NCBI GenBank assembly: GCA_030643485.1
Contig: DAOWLG010000030.1
Span: 1 to 36,252 of the forward strand
Length of the DNA: 36,252 nt
Reading direction: 5' to 3'
Source of the DNA: Candidatus Nealsonbacteria bacterium
Lineage (GTDB): Bacteria > Patescibacteriota > Minisyncoccia > Minisyncoccales > JAGMDC01
Of this stretch, positions 1 to 9,483 are shown in pieces (position 1 is the first letter of the stretch; every line of letters begins with the position of its first letter). The notes under the pieces were generated by a model that saw only the letters and a list, made by a program, of their open reading frames with translations, was not told where the DNA came from and ran no database searches. Both the position numbers and the translations under genes were made by a program.

Positions 1-98
1 GCTATGTTTCTTAGCGAGTAATTCTTTTTTTTGAGAATTACAATTTCATCTCGCTCGCTTTTTGAAAGATGCGAGAACTTTTTTGTTTTGTTTTTCAT
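1..98 (-). mobile_element. IS30-family transposase, N-terminal fragment (runs off the window)
   Basis: Not in the ORF track. Minus strand from ATG at 98 reads MKNKTKKFSHLSKSERDEIVILKKKNYSLRNIA, matching the IS30 N-terminal HTH pattern (HLS.xER..I......S.R.IA). Confidence 0.8.
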
Positions 99-113
99 TC
101 TTTTATTCTACCA

Positions 114-139
114 TGTTCGGTTTCAAATGGGAATGTGGG
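114..139 (-). repeat. Probable IS30 left terminal inverted repeat
   Basis: Minus strand CCCACATTCCCATTTGAAACCGAACA lies just upstream of the transposase and resembles IS30-type ends (ATTC...CAACA). The partner end is outside the window. Confidence 0.5.
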
Positions 140-242
140 CACCCAACCGGTTAAACGGACAGATTTTACAATCAAGTAAGATTGTGCCTATGTTAAGGCA
201 ATCTTACTTAAAACAATTGGGCATAATCTGTCCGGTTGGGTG
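140..242. repeat. Nested inverted repeats (long stem-loop)
   Basis: CACCCAACCGG/CGGACAGATT (140-165) pairs with AATCTGTCCGGTTGGGTG (225-242); inner AAGTAAGATTG (174-184) pairs with CAATCTTACTT (199-209). Confidence 0.75.
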
Positions 243-365
243 TGATAACCAGTAAGGTTGTCTTTTTTTATTGGCAAAGAAAAGACATCTTTATTGGGAA
301 AAGGTCGGACCCCGAACTGAAAATTATTTGGTTCGGAAATAATGAATTGAAGTAAAAAAAACAAT

Positions 366-1217
366 ATGAACAAAATAAAAAATTTATTCAAAGCAAGTCC
401 TATTGCAATGGTTGTAGTTGGTTTAGTAATAGCTGGAGCAGCTAGCGCGGCATTAGTTAGTTATATAAGTAATGCTCCCACAGCTACAGTAAATGTATCT
501 TCTCCAGTAGACATAGGGATTTATGAAGGCGCATATGATATGGGCAATTCTGGTGCGGCATCAATAAATTTAACAGCTACTTATGGAGGAAGTACTTCTG
601 AGTCCTTTACAACAATAGCTAAAAACAATGCTAATAACAGAATTGGAGCATACTATGTAATGGTAATTGAAGCAACAGATGATGGAGATTTAATGACAGG
701 TGATGAATTTATAAAAATGATATGGACAGAAACTCCATGGGTAGATCTTAGGAATGATCTAGATGAATCTGGTAGTGATATAATAAACGAACTCTGTGTT
801 GTTAACTCAGATGGAATATTAACTGCATTAACGGAAGTGACAAATTGGAACAAACAAAGAATAATATTATTTTGGGACAGCGATGGAAATAGCTCAAATG
901 AATATTGTTATGGTGCACCAGACGGAACTACCCAATCGGCTTGTACAGAAAGCGAAATGGAATGGAGAGTAGAAAGTACTGGAATGTGCAGTGATTTAAC
1001 ACCTTATCTTGAAACTGCATTGGGACAGACTGAAACTCGTAGCGTTACTCATCTGAATGAAAAAGATGTAAAAAGTCTTAATCCTAGATCATGGACTTTT
1101 ACTCCGACATGGAATACAGGAGCTGATGGAACTTTTACGATATCTGCACAGTATGTTAATACTGATAAGTTAGCAGAATATGCTGCAGGAATATATGACG
1201 GTACTATTACTCAATAA
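366..1217 (+). CDS. Secreted/surface protein with N-terminal signal or TM segment
   Basis: Hydrophobic IAMVVVGLVIAGAASA followed by an acidic, Thr/Gly/Asn-rich, beta-prone mature region with several Cys. Confidence 0.75.
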   Translation: MNKIKNLFKASPIAMVVVGLVIAGAASAALVSYISNAPTATVNVSSPVDIGIYEGAYDMGNSGAASINLTATYGGSTSESFTTIAKNNANNRIGAYYVMVIEATDDGDLMTGDEFIKMIWTETPWVDLRNDLDESGSDIINELCVVNSDGILTALTEVTNWNKQRIILFWDSDGNSSNEYCYGAPDGTTQSACTESEMEWRVESTGMCSDLTPYLETALGQTETRSVTHLNEKDVKSLNPRSWTFTPTWNTGADGTFTISAQYVNTDKLAEYAAGIYDGTITQ

Positions 1218-1234
1218 CACTGATAGAAAAGAAT

Positions 1235-1304
1235 CTGATAGTCATTTTTTGTAATGACTATCAGGGGGTAGGTTTGCTTTTAAGAAGCAAACCTACCCCC
1301 TGAT
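1235..1304 (+). promoter_or_regulatory. Two overlapping hairpins (12-bp and 20-bp stems)
   Basis: CTGATAGTCATT(1235-46)/AATGACTATCAG(1253-64) and ATCAGGGGGTAGGTTTGCTT(1260-79)/AAGCAAACCTACCCCCTGAT(1285-1304). Confidence 0.7.
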
Positions 1305-2667
1305 GATGAATAATTTAATCAAAAAAATAATAGTTTTGAGCGTGATTTGTCTGATGACATTTTTTGCTGTTGTTGATTTAGCTAGGGCAGAGGAATTTAA
1401 TTACACTGACCTTATTTTGAGTTTTGAGGATATTGATATCACTGCCGGAGAAATAAAAATTACCGAACTAAACATTACAAATAATTCAAATTATTTATTA
1501 GATAATGGTCAGTTGATTTTAGAAGTAGAATGTAATGATGATCTATTTGACGGAGCAGGAATTAACATTTCGTTTTCGTCTGTTAATAATCCTTACGATT
1601 GGAAATTACCTGATTCAGTTTGACAAGATGGAAAATTAACATTTTCTGGATTTAAAATTAATAGCGGAGATTCTATTTTTTATCTTGAAATAGAAGCAAA
1701 TCCCGCTCTTTATCCCGGAAATTATACTTTTTCTTTGACTGTTAAAGGACAAACAGATACGGGAGTATATGTAGCTCCCACTGCCACAGAAGTTACGGTT
1801 TCTGCTACTCAATATGATGTAATTATAGACAGCAATGTTGCAAAACTGAACACAATAATTGTACCGAGCAATGTTACTAACGCCACGATTAATATGACTG
1901 ATTTAATGATAATTACTAATGAGGAGAGGATTGTTAATACTCCTGCTAATAATGTTTTAAAGATTCAGTCCAGTACCTCTGTGATGGAAATACCTGCCAA
2001 TACAAAAATTAGCGCAGCCAGTGATTCTAATTGGACAGGTGTAATAAATATACCAACGGTAAAACTTAATTCTTCTATAACGGTTATTCCTGATTCAGGA
2101 AAAACTGCGTTAGTAGATTCAGTAATTGAGATAGGGTTCGGAGATGTTGAACTAATTTTAGATAAAGCCGTAAAAATACTATTTGTCGGAAAAGCCGGTA
2201 AATATGTAGGTTATAGTCGCGGAGGCGTATTTACTCCAATTATTGCAACTTGCGGTGAAAATAGCCAGACCTGGGCTGATACAAATTTAGGCGATGGCGG
2301 AGACTGTAAAATTGATTCAGATTCAGGGTCTGATTTAATTGTTTGGACTAAACACTTTACCAAATTTGTTACTTATACTCAAACTGTTATTCCTCCTGTT
2401 GACTCTTCGTCTAGTAGCGGAACTGTTATCATTAGAGACGCTTCTACTTCTTCAACCAGCGATGTTGATTTTGAAGTCGCAAAAACAACAGCAAAAACTG
2501 AGATTACCGGCGATACAAATAATGACGGAAAAGTGAATAAATATGATTTTGCCTTAATGATGGCAGATTGGGGGAAAACTGGTCTAAGTGTTCTGTCTGA
2601 TTTGAATCAAGACAGCAAAGTAGATAAATATGATTTCGCTTTATTAATGGTTAATTGGAGTTTGTAA
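1303..2667 (+). pseudogene. Secreted protein with C-terminal dockerin-like domain, interrupted by in-frame TGA at 1621-1623
   Basis: ORFs 1303..1623 and 1735..2667 share a frame and the gap reads *QDGKLTFSGFKINSGDSIFYLEIEANPALYPGNYTFSL. Signal peptide at the N-terminus; duplicated GDTNNDGKVNKYDFALMM/DLNQDSKVDKYDFALLM EF-hand-like repeats at the C-terminus. Confidence 0.8.
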
Positions 2668-3530
2668 AAAATATGAATAAAAATAAAATAACAATTTTAA
2701 TTTTAGCGATTACGGGAATGATGATTTTTAGTTTGGGTGTTGAAGCATCTAATCCTTTTCTGTATGTTTCGCCGTCAGAGGCAAACAAAAATATAAACAG
2801 CACTTTTGATATTGCTGTTAAAGTTAGTCCATCTGGAGAAAAAGTTTGCGCAGTAGAAGGACAATTATTACTTTCCAAACTTTCCTGTCAAAAAATAGAT
2901 TTAGCACAAGGAATTATGCCGCAGAACTCGCCTTCTTTTAGTAATAATCTTTCTTTTTTGCTTGGTATTCCCGGCTGTACTACCCAAGAAAAAACCTTAT
3001 TTACCATCAGAGTTAAGGTAAACACGGTTGGTAAGGCATCTGCGAGTTTTAGGAATGTTGATGTTATAGGAGAGGGCGTTTCATTGGGTTCTGCTTTTGT
3101 TAAAGGGAATTATGAGATAACGGTTCCTTCCGCGCCATCTATTCCGTCTACGCCTTCCGTTCCTGTTCTACCTCCGGTTTCTTGCGTTTGCGAGGATTGG
3201 ATCCCTTGGCAGAATAAAGATTGCGGACAAGAAGATTGCGTTGATACTCAAAGGTTGCAAGAAAGAACCCGGATTTGCGCGCCTTTGGGTTGCGATATTG
3301 AAAAACAAACTCAATGCATAAACGATTCAACTTGTATTACTTTAGCTAAGGAAAAGCCGGAAGTTGATGAGATAGTACACCAAGCTTCTCTTTTAGCGGC
3401 AATTGGCAGCGCGATTACTTTAGGAACTAATAATGTTTGGTTAGGGATTATTGTCGGGATAGGAATTATCTTACTTTTAATTCTTGTGATTCTTTCTATT
3501 TCCAAAAGATATAAGAAATATCGCGGCTGA
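2655..3530 (+). CDS. Cohesin-domain protein with Pro-rich linker, TSP1-like Cys-rich module and C-terminal TM anchor
   Basis: Signal peptide (likely start ATG 2673); LYVSPS...FDIAVKV...AVEGQL...LFTIRVK cohesin-like pattern; PSAPSIPSTPSVP linker; DWIPW..C....C...QERTRIC; hydrophobic tail followed by KRYKKYR. Confidence 0.7.
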   Translation: MEFVKNMNKNKITILILAITGMMIFSLGVEASNPFLYVSPSEANKNINSTFDIAVKVSPSGEKVCAVEGQLLLSKLSCQKIDLAQGIMPQNSPSFSNNLSFLLGIPGCTTQEKTLFTIRVKVNTVGKASASFRNVDVIGEGVSLGSAFVKGNYEITVPSAPSIPSTPSVPVLPPVSCVCEDWIPWQNKDCGQEDCVDTQRLQERTRICAPLGCDIEKQTQCINDSTCITLAKEKPEVDEIVHQASLLAAIGSAITLGTNNVWLGIIVGIGIILLLILVILSISKRYKKYRG

Positions 3531-3545
3531 GGAAAATGAGGAGTA

Positions 3546-3576
3546 AAGCAGGGGTCAAACCCCCTGTTTTTGTTTT
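3546..3576 (+). terminator. Rho-independent terminator
   Basis: AAGCAGGGG-tcaaac-CCCCTGTTT followed by a T-rich tract after the stop at 3530. Confidence 0.75.
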
Positions 3577-3590
3577 GGTTGAATTAAATC

Positions 3591-3619
3591 GGAATAAATC
3601 GGAAGTTGGACTTCCGACA
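3591..3619 (+). repeat. Direct repeat family A, copy 1
   Basis: GGAATAAATCGGAAGTTGGACTTCCGACA with internal palindrome TCGGAAGT-tgg-ACTTCCGA; recurs at 10932 and 12163. Confidence 0.9.
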
Positions 3620-3661
3620 ATTTACTAATTCAAAAACAATGCCTTTGTCGGGCTTTTTTAC

Positions 3662-3690
3662 TTGAATTTTGGAAGTGGAAAAGGTAAGAT
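3662..3690 (+). promoter_or_regulatory. Putative sigma70 promoter for radC
   Basis: TTGAAT-17-TAAGAT upstream of ATG 3720. Confidence 0.5.
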
Positions 3691-3719
3691 GAAACAAAGC
3701 AATTCAAAAGTTTTAAATT

Positions 3720-4403
3720 ATGGAAAAGTCATTTACTATTCACGATTTACCCAAAGAAGAGAGACCGCGTGAGCGATTGGTTAAGTTTGGTGAACAATCG
3801 CTTTCGGCTCAAGAATTGTTACAGATTATTTTGGGTCGCGGTATTGCTGGGGAATCGGTTGTAGTCACGGCGCAAAAATTACTATCGCAATTCGGCAGTT
3901 TTCAAAAATTAGCCGGAGCAAGTATTGAGGAAATGTCTTTAATCAAAGGAATCGGATTAGCAAAAGCGACACAGATAAAAGCCGTTTTTGAGATTGGCCG
4001 CCGTCTTTCCACTCAGACTGAGCCTTACAAAAGTAAAGAACTTACAGATCCAAAAAAAGTATATCAGTTGATAAAAAGCAAACTTAAAGATTATCACAAA
4101 GAACATTTTTACATTATTGTGCTTAACAGTAGGAATTGGTCAGTTGCAGAAGTTTCAGTTGGCAGTCTTAACGCCAGCATTGTTCATCCGCGCGAAGTAT
4201 TCGCGGAAGCGATCAAAAACAAGGCGGCATCAGTTATATTTGTTCACAATCATCCATCTGGCAACCCCGAGCCATCAGAAGGCGATTTGATAGTAACAAA
4301 AAGATTGGTTGACGCTGGTAAAATTTTGGAAATAGAAGTGGTTGACCATATTATTATCACTAAAAATAGTTTTTTAAGCTTTAAGGAACATAAATTATTA
4401 TGA
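3720..4403 (+). CDS. radC: RadC (JAB/MPN domain) protein
   Basis: ERPRERL N-terminus, HhH GIGLAKA, VHPREVF and HNHPSGNPEPS..D...DHII JAB motif. Confidence 0.95.
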   Translation: MEKSFTIHDLPKEERPRERLVKFGEQSLSAQELLQIILGRGIAGESVVVTAQKLLSQFGSFQKLAGASIEEMSLIKGIGLAKATQIKAVFEIGRRLSTQTEPYKSKELTDPKKVYQLIKSKLKDYHKEHFYIIVLNSRNWSVAEVSVGSLNASIVHPREVFAEAIKNKAASVIFVHNHPSGNPEPSEGDLIVTKRLVDAGKILEIEVVDHIIITKNSFLSFKEHKLL

Positions 4404-6322
4404 AACCTAAAATAAACAAATACGATATTGAATTTTTAATTGATTATCTTAAAACTGGGAAAGAAATTCCGGAAGTTTATAAATACGCGCTTTTTCCGAC
4501 CAAGCAAAAAGAATACGAACTTGTCTATGCTGGAAAAATGCGAAAAGAAGATGTATTGGCGGACACCGAAGAAGCCAAGCCGGTGCCACTTCAAATTGAA
4601 AAGATTTTTAATGGCAAAAAATATCCTCTTTATTCAAAAGAGTGGCATAATCTTTTAGTTTTCGGCGACAATCTGCAAATCCTCAAAACTTTCAATGAAA
4701 ATAAAAATTCTTTGTATAATGGGGAGCTATCTAAAATAAAAGATAAAATCAAAGGCGAAGTAAAATTGATTTATATTGATCCGCCGTTTGCGACGAAAGA
4801 TGAATTTCAAAATAGAGAAGGCGCAAAAGCATACAACGACAAAAAGAAAGGAGCCGAATTTGTAGAATTTTTGCGCAGAAGGCTAATAGTTGCAAAAGAA
4901 TTACTCGCTTCAGACGGTTATATTTGTTGTCATTTGGATCAAAAAATGAATCATTATATAAAAATGGTAATGGACGAAGTTTTTGGAAAAAATCATTTTG
5001 CAAATGAGATTGTCTGGCGGTACTTTATGGGCGGTAAATCTAAAAATTTCTTTTCAAAAAAACACGATACAATTTACATATATTCTCAAAACGAAAAAGC
5101 AGAAATGAAAATATCTAACAGAGAAAGAATTTTAACTTATAAGCCAAACTTAATTGACGAAAATTCAACAATTAAAAAATATGAGGCTGTATGTAAAGAA
5201 ACAAGCGAAAAAAGAGACTTTTATACTAGCGAAGTTAAAGAAGATGATGTGTGGGAAATTTCAGGCGTGTTTAATATGGGGAACGAGTATCAAAATTATC
5301 CGACACAAAAGCCGGAGGAACTTTTGCAAAAATTAATTTTAGCAATGACAAATAAAGGTGATCTCGTTTTAGATTTTTTCTGCGGTAGCGGGACAACGCT
5401 TGCGGTTGCCGAGAAACTTGGTCGCCGCTGGATTGGCTGTGATATTGGTAAATTGGCGATATATACAACACAAAAGCGATTGTTAGAAATTGACAAAAGT
5501 AAAAATTTAGAAAATCCAAAAAAGAAATATGGCAAGCCAGCAAAATCTTTTGCTGTTGTTACTTCTGGACTTTATGATCTTGGAAAAATTTTTGCTCTGA
5601 AAAAAGACGAGTATATTCGTTTTGTGAAAGATTTGTTTGAGATTGAGGAAGCAAAGCGAGATAAAATTGGTGGTGTAGAGATTGACGGAACAAAACGCGG
5701 ATTCCTTGTAAAAATTTTTCCGTATTGGGAGTTAAAAAATATTAGTGTTGATGAAAAATATTTGCGAGAATTGCACAAAAGTATTGGAAAGAAAATTGAT
5801 AGCAGATTTTATATTATTGCTCCCGCAAACAATGTTGATTTTATTAGCGATTATCACCAAATAGATAATGTTTGTTATTACTTTTTGAAAGTCCCGTATC
5901 AAATTATTAAAGAATTACATAAAGTGCAGTTCAAAAAATTTTGTCAACCGCAAAGCAAAAGAAATATCAATGATTTAGATGAAGCAGTTGGCTTTCATTT
6001 TATCCGCCAGCCAGAAGTGAAATCAGAAATCAAAAAATTAAAAGACAAAATAGTTTTGAAAATTAAAAAGTTTGAGTCCGCGTATTTGCAAGACGAAACC
6101 GGCGAGAAACTCAAGAATTTTGAAAGTTTGGCAATGATTTTGCTGGATAAAAACTATAAAGGGGACGAATTTATGATGGATGATTATTATTTTGCGGAAG
6201 ATATTGCGGATAATAAATATAAATTGGAATTTTTAGAAAAAGATTGCGGTAAGCAGATTATGGCAATTTATATTGATATTTACGGCAATGAATTCCGGGA
6301 AATTTTTAAGATAAAAATATGA
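4400..6322 (+). CDS. mod: Type III R-M modification methyltransferase (beta class)
   Basis: GDNL, IYIDPPF, YPTQKPEELL, LDFFCGSGTT; lies upstream of a res-like helicase. Confidence 0.9.
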   Translation: MKPKINKYDIEFLIDYLKTGKEIPEVYKYALFPTKQKEYELVYAGKMRKEDVLADTEEAKPVPLQIEKIFNGKKYPLYSKEWHNLLVFGDNLQILKTFNENKNSLYNGELSKIKDKIKGEVKLIYIDPPFATKDEFQNREGAKAYNDKKKGAEFVEFLRRRLIVAKELLASDGYICCHLDQKMNHYIKMVMDEVFGKNHFANEIVWRYFMGGKSKNFFSKKHDTIYIYSQNEKAEMKISNRERILTYKPNLIDENSTIKKYEAVCKETSEKRDFYTSEVKEDDVWEISGVFNMGNEYQNYPTQKPEELLQKLILAMTNKGDLVLDFFCGSGTTLAVAEKLGRRWIGCDIGKLAIYTTQKRLLEIDKSKNLENPKKKYGKPAKSFAVVTSGLYDLGKIFALKKDEYIRFVKDLFEIEEAKRDKIGGVEIDGTKRGFLVKIFPYWELKNISVDEKYLRELHKSIGKKIDSRFYIIAPANNVDFISDYHQIDNVCYYFLKVPYQIIKELHKVQFKKFCQPQSKRNINDLDEAVGFHFIRQPEVKSEIKKLKDKIVLKIKKFESAYLQDETGEKLKNFESLAMILLDKNYKGDEFMMDDYYFAEDIADNKYKLEFLEKDCGKQIMAIYIDIYGNEFREIFKIKI

Positions 6323-6666
6323 TAACTAAAATAGCGATTTTCCGCAAAAAGGAAATTAGAAAAATTATTTATCAAAATGAATGGTGGTTTTCTGTTATTG
6401 ATATAATAAAAGTGTTGACAGGCACGGAAAGACCAAGAAAATATTGGAACGATTTAAAGAAGAAACTTGTGGACGAAGGATATTTTCAGTTGTCCGAAAA
6501 AATCGGACAACTAAAATTATTATCTAACGACGGCAAAAAATATAAAACAGATTGCGCTAATACTGAAGGGATGTTTCGCATTATTCAATCAATCCCATCG
6601 CCAAAAGCAGAGCCGTTTAACGCGGACGAATTTTCTAAAACATTTGCAAAACAAAAAATTGCTTAA
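6319..6666 (+). CDS. Bro-N domain protein, probably shortened
   Basis: EIRK....EWWFSVIDII...PRKYWNDLK...DGKKYKTDCAN...RIIQSIPSPKAEPF; ends 15 aa after AEPF. Confidence 0.8.
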   Translation: MITKIAIFRKKEIRKIIYQNEWWFSVIDIIKVLTGTERPRKYWNDLKKKLVDEGYFQLSEKIGQLKLLSNDGKKYKTDCANTEGMFRIIQSIPSPKAEPFNADEFSKTFAKQKIA

Positions 6667-6678
6667 AAACAAATAACT

Positions 6679-9246
6679 ATGCCAGATATAAAAATATACA
6701 AAACACAAGATTTGGTTTTACAGATAAAGCAAAATTATAATCCAGCCAAACTTAATTTGCAAAAGTGGGTTGATTTTATTGATGTGCTTTGCGGTGATAG
6801 AGAATATCAAAAAGAAGCGATTAGAGACGCAATTATTTTTTTTGCGTCTGGTGAATACAAATCAATTGAGGATTTAGTTGAGGAAAATTTTAGAAAAAAC
6901 AATGAATTGCAAAAAAGATATAAAAGTATTCGCGATTATCAAAAAAATTTGCCATTGCCGCGTAAATTGTCAGCAGTTATTGATTTGGCGACCGGCACAG
7001 GTAAAAGTTATGTGATTTACGGCATTGCGCAAATTGCTTTGGGTATTGGCTTGGTTGATAAGGTTTTGGTACTTTGTCCATCGCTTACAATTAAATCAGG
7101 ATTAAGAGAGAAGTTTGAAAAACTTTCTGGCGACGACAAAATCAAAGCAACTTTGCCTGAAGATGTTATTTTCAAAAATCCGAGAATTATTGACGCAAAC
7201 AGCACGATTAAAAAAGGCGATATTTGCGTAGAAAATATCCACACCGTTTATGAGAGAACGGGGTCGTCAATAAACGACAGCTTGAAAGGAAACGGCGAGC
7301 GGGTTTTAGTGTTGAACGATGAAGTTCATCATGTGTATAATACAACAGGGGATAAGGATGTAAAAAAGTGGAGACAGTTTTTACTTAATCCCGATTTCAA
7401 TTTCAAATACATTTTAGGACTTACTGGCACGGCTTATCTTGATGACGAGTATTTTAACGATGTTATTTATCGCTATTCAATACGACAAGCCGTTGATGAC
7501 AAAGTGGTTAAGTCGGTTGATTATGTTGCAGAAGATGAGGTCTCTTCAAACCCAACAGAAAGAAAAAACGAAAAATTTCAAAAAATTTACGACAACCACG
7601 ATGAGTTTGTAAAAAAGTATCGGCTCATTAAGCCACTCACAATTTTAGTTACAAAAGATATTTCTAAAGCAAAAATACTTCGGGAAGATTTGATTGATTT
7701 TTTGGAAAAATGGGAAAAAATATCACGGAAAGCAGTTGAGAAAAAAGTTTTAATTGTTACTTCGCACAAAGACCATAAGAAAAATGTTTTGAAATTGAAA
7801 AATGTTGATAATAAAGAGAGTTCTGTTGAGTGGATTGTTTCCGTTTCTATGCTTACAGAGGGTTGGGATGTAAAAAATGTTTTTCAAATTGTGCCGTGGG
7901 AAGATCGTGCTTTCAACTCTAAGCTTTTAATTGCTCAAGTTTTAGGTCGCGGGCTTCGCATACCGGAAGAATACAAATCGCCACAACCAAAAGTCAGAGT
8001 TTTTAATCACGACGCATGGAGCCGAAATATTCGCGGTTTAGTTGATGAGATTTTAGAAATTGAAATGCGTTTGACGAGCGAAATTTTGACTTCCAGTGAG
8101 AGGAAAAAATATAATTTTAATCTCTACAACATAAATTACGAAAAAATAGAAAAGCCAATCAAGTCTAAGGAAAATACGCAGATTTTTGATTACTCTAAAG
8201 GAATTATCAAGTTGGTATCAAAAGAGTTGAAAATAAGCAAAGAAACAGAATATGAAGATTTATATGGAGTTATCAAACCAAAGACAACAATTATTCAGAG
8301 AAATATTTTTAGTGTAGATGAAATTGTTAATAAAATAATAGCAACTTTTGAAATACGGGATTTTGAAGCAAAAATTAGATTTCCAAAAGGAGATTATGAT
8401 AAAGAAAATTTGCCACCTAAAAATGAAATAAGGGAAATCATTATTCGGTCAATGAAAGAGGTCGGTATTTCTGGTGGATTTTTGGATGAAGAAAATGCTC
8501 TCAAAATTTTTCAAGCATTTCAGACGCTTTTCCGAAAGAGAAGCTCCACAATTGTATTTGAAAGAAAAGTAAATGAACCTTTTTTGGTCAAAACAAAACA
8601 AATGCAAAAAGAAGGTGTCACCGTAGGCGCAATAAAATACGGCTCAACAGTTTTTTATACAGAAAATTTCAAAGATGAGTGTAGCAATGGTATGATTGAT
8701 ATTTTGAAAGATATAATTGATGACGAGAGTTTACCAAGAAGTGCGAGTAAATAAGTAAATTTTTATTGTTTCAAAACGCCAGTTGATGTTGTTTTGACCA
8801 AAAAAGAACCAGAAAGAAAGTTCGTTGAAGCGATTGTTAGCCCAAAAGTATGCGAAAAAATTGATGCTTGGATAAAATCGAGGGACATGGGATTTTATAG
8901 TATTGAGTATTCGTGGAGAAAAGGAGAACACCCGACGCAAGATAATTTTAATCCTGATTTTTTCTTAAAGTTTGGCGAAAATATCGTTGTCATTGAAGCC
9001 AAGGCGGATGGTGATGATTCTGACGAAAATAAGGCAAAGTATCGCTGGGCAAAACAGCATTTTAAGACACTGAATGAGGAATTAAAAAAGAATAATATTA
9101 AACAGCAATACTTTTTTCATTTTTTGAGTCCGAATAGCTATGCCGAATTTATAGAATATTTTTGCGACAATAGGATATTTGACAAGAAATTTCGTAGTAA
9201 AATTGAGGATTTATTGGACAGGGGACAAGGCGTGAAGTATGACTAA
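6679..9246 (+). pseudogene. res: Type III restriction subunit (SF2 helicase + C-terminal PD-(D/E)xK nuclease), split by in-frame TAA at 8752-8754
   Basis: ATGTGKS, DEVHH, MLTEGWDV, QVLGRGLR. The frame continues ASK*VNFYCFKTPVDVVLTKKEPER into the FNPDFF...IEAK nuclease domain. Confidence 0.88.
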
Positions 9247-9290
9247 CAAAGAATAGGAATACAAGATACGCACTTTTTTAATTTAATTAT

Positions 9291-9449
9291 TTTGTTGATA
9301 AAATCCTTGCCATCACCAAAGACGACGACTATCTCCAAAACGAAGCCAAACAAAAAAAGGTCAAAGAATACGAAGACCAAATTGACAAAATGGTATATAA
9401 TCTTTACGGGTTGACCAAAGAGGAAATTGAGATAGTGGAAAGGTATTGA
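9291..9449 (+). pseudogene. Orphan C-terminal remnant of a type IIG/Eco57I-like R-M enzyme
   Basis: Reads FVDKILAITKDDDYLQNEAKQKKVKEYEDQIDKMVYNLYGLTKEEIEIVERY*, the typical ID..VY.LYGLT.EEI.IVE C-terminus, with no N-terminal part upstream. Confidence 0.8.
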
Positions 9450-9474
9450 AATTTTATTAAAATAGTGATATTCT
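9446..9474 (+). promoter_or_regulatory. Putative sigma70 promoter with extended -10
   Basis: TTGAAA-17-TATTCT with TG at 9466-67; ATG at 9484, so the mRNA is nearly leaderless. Confidence 0.55.
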
Positions 9475-9483
9475 AAAATTGAT

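Noticed and set aside
31-391. ORFs 31..255 and 188..391
   Set aside because: They overlap the IS30 fragment and inverted repeats or are antisense to the leader, and have no motifs.
1621-1623. TGA recoding (code 25 or 4)
   Set aside because: TGA ends several genes at their expected termini (17749, 28000, 35152), and the other in-frame stop is TAA.
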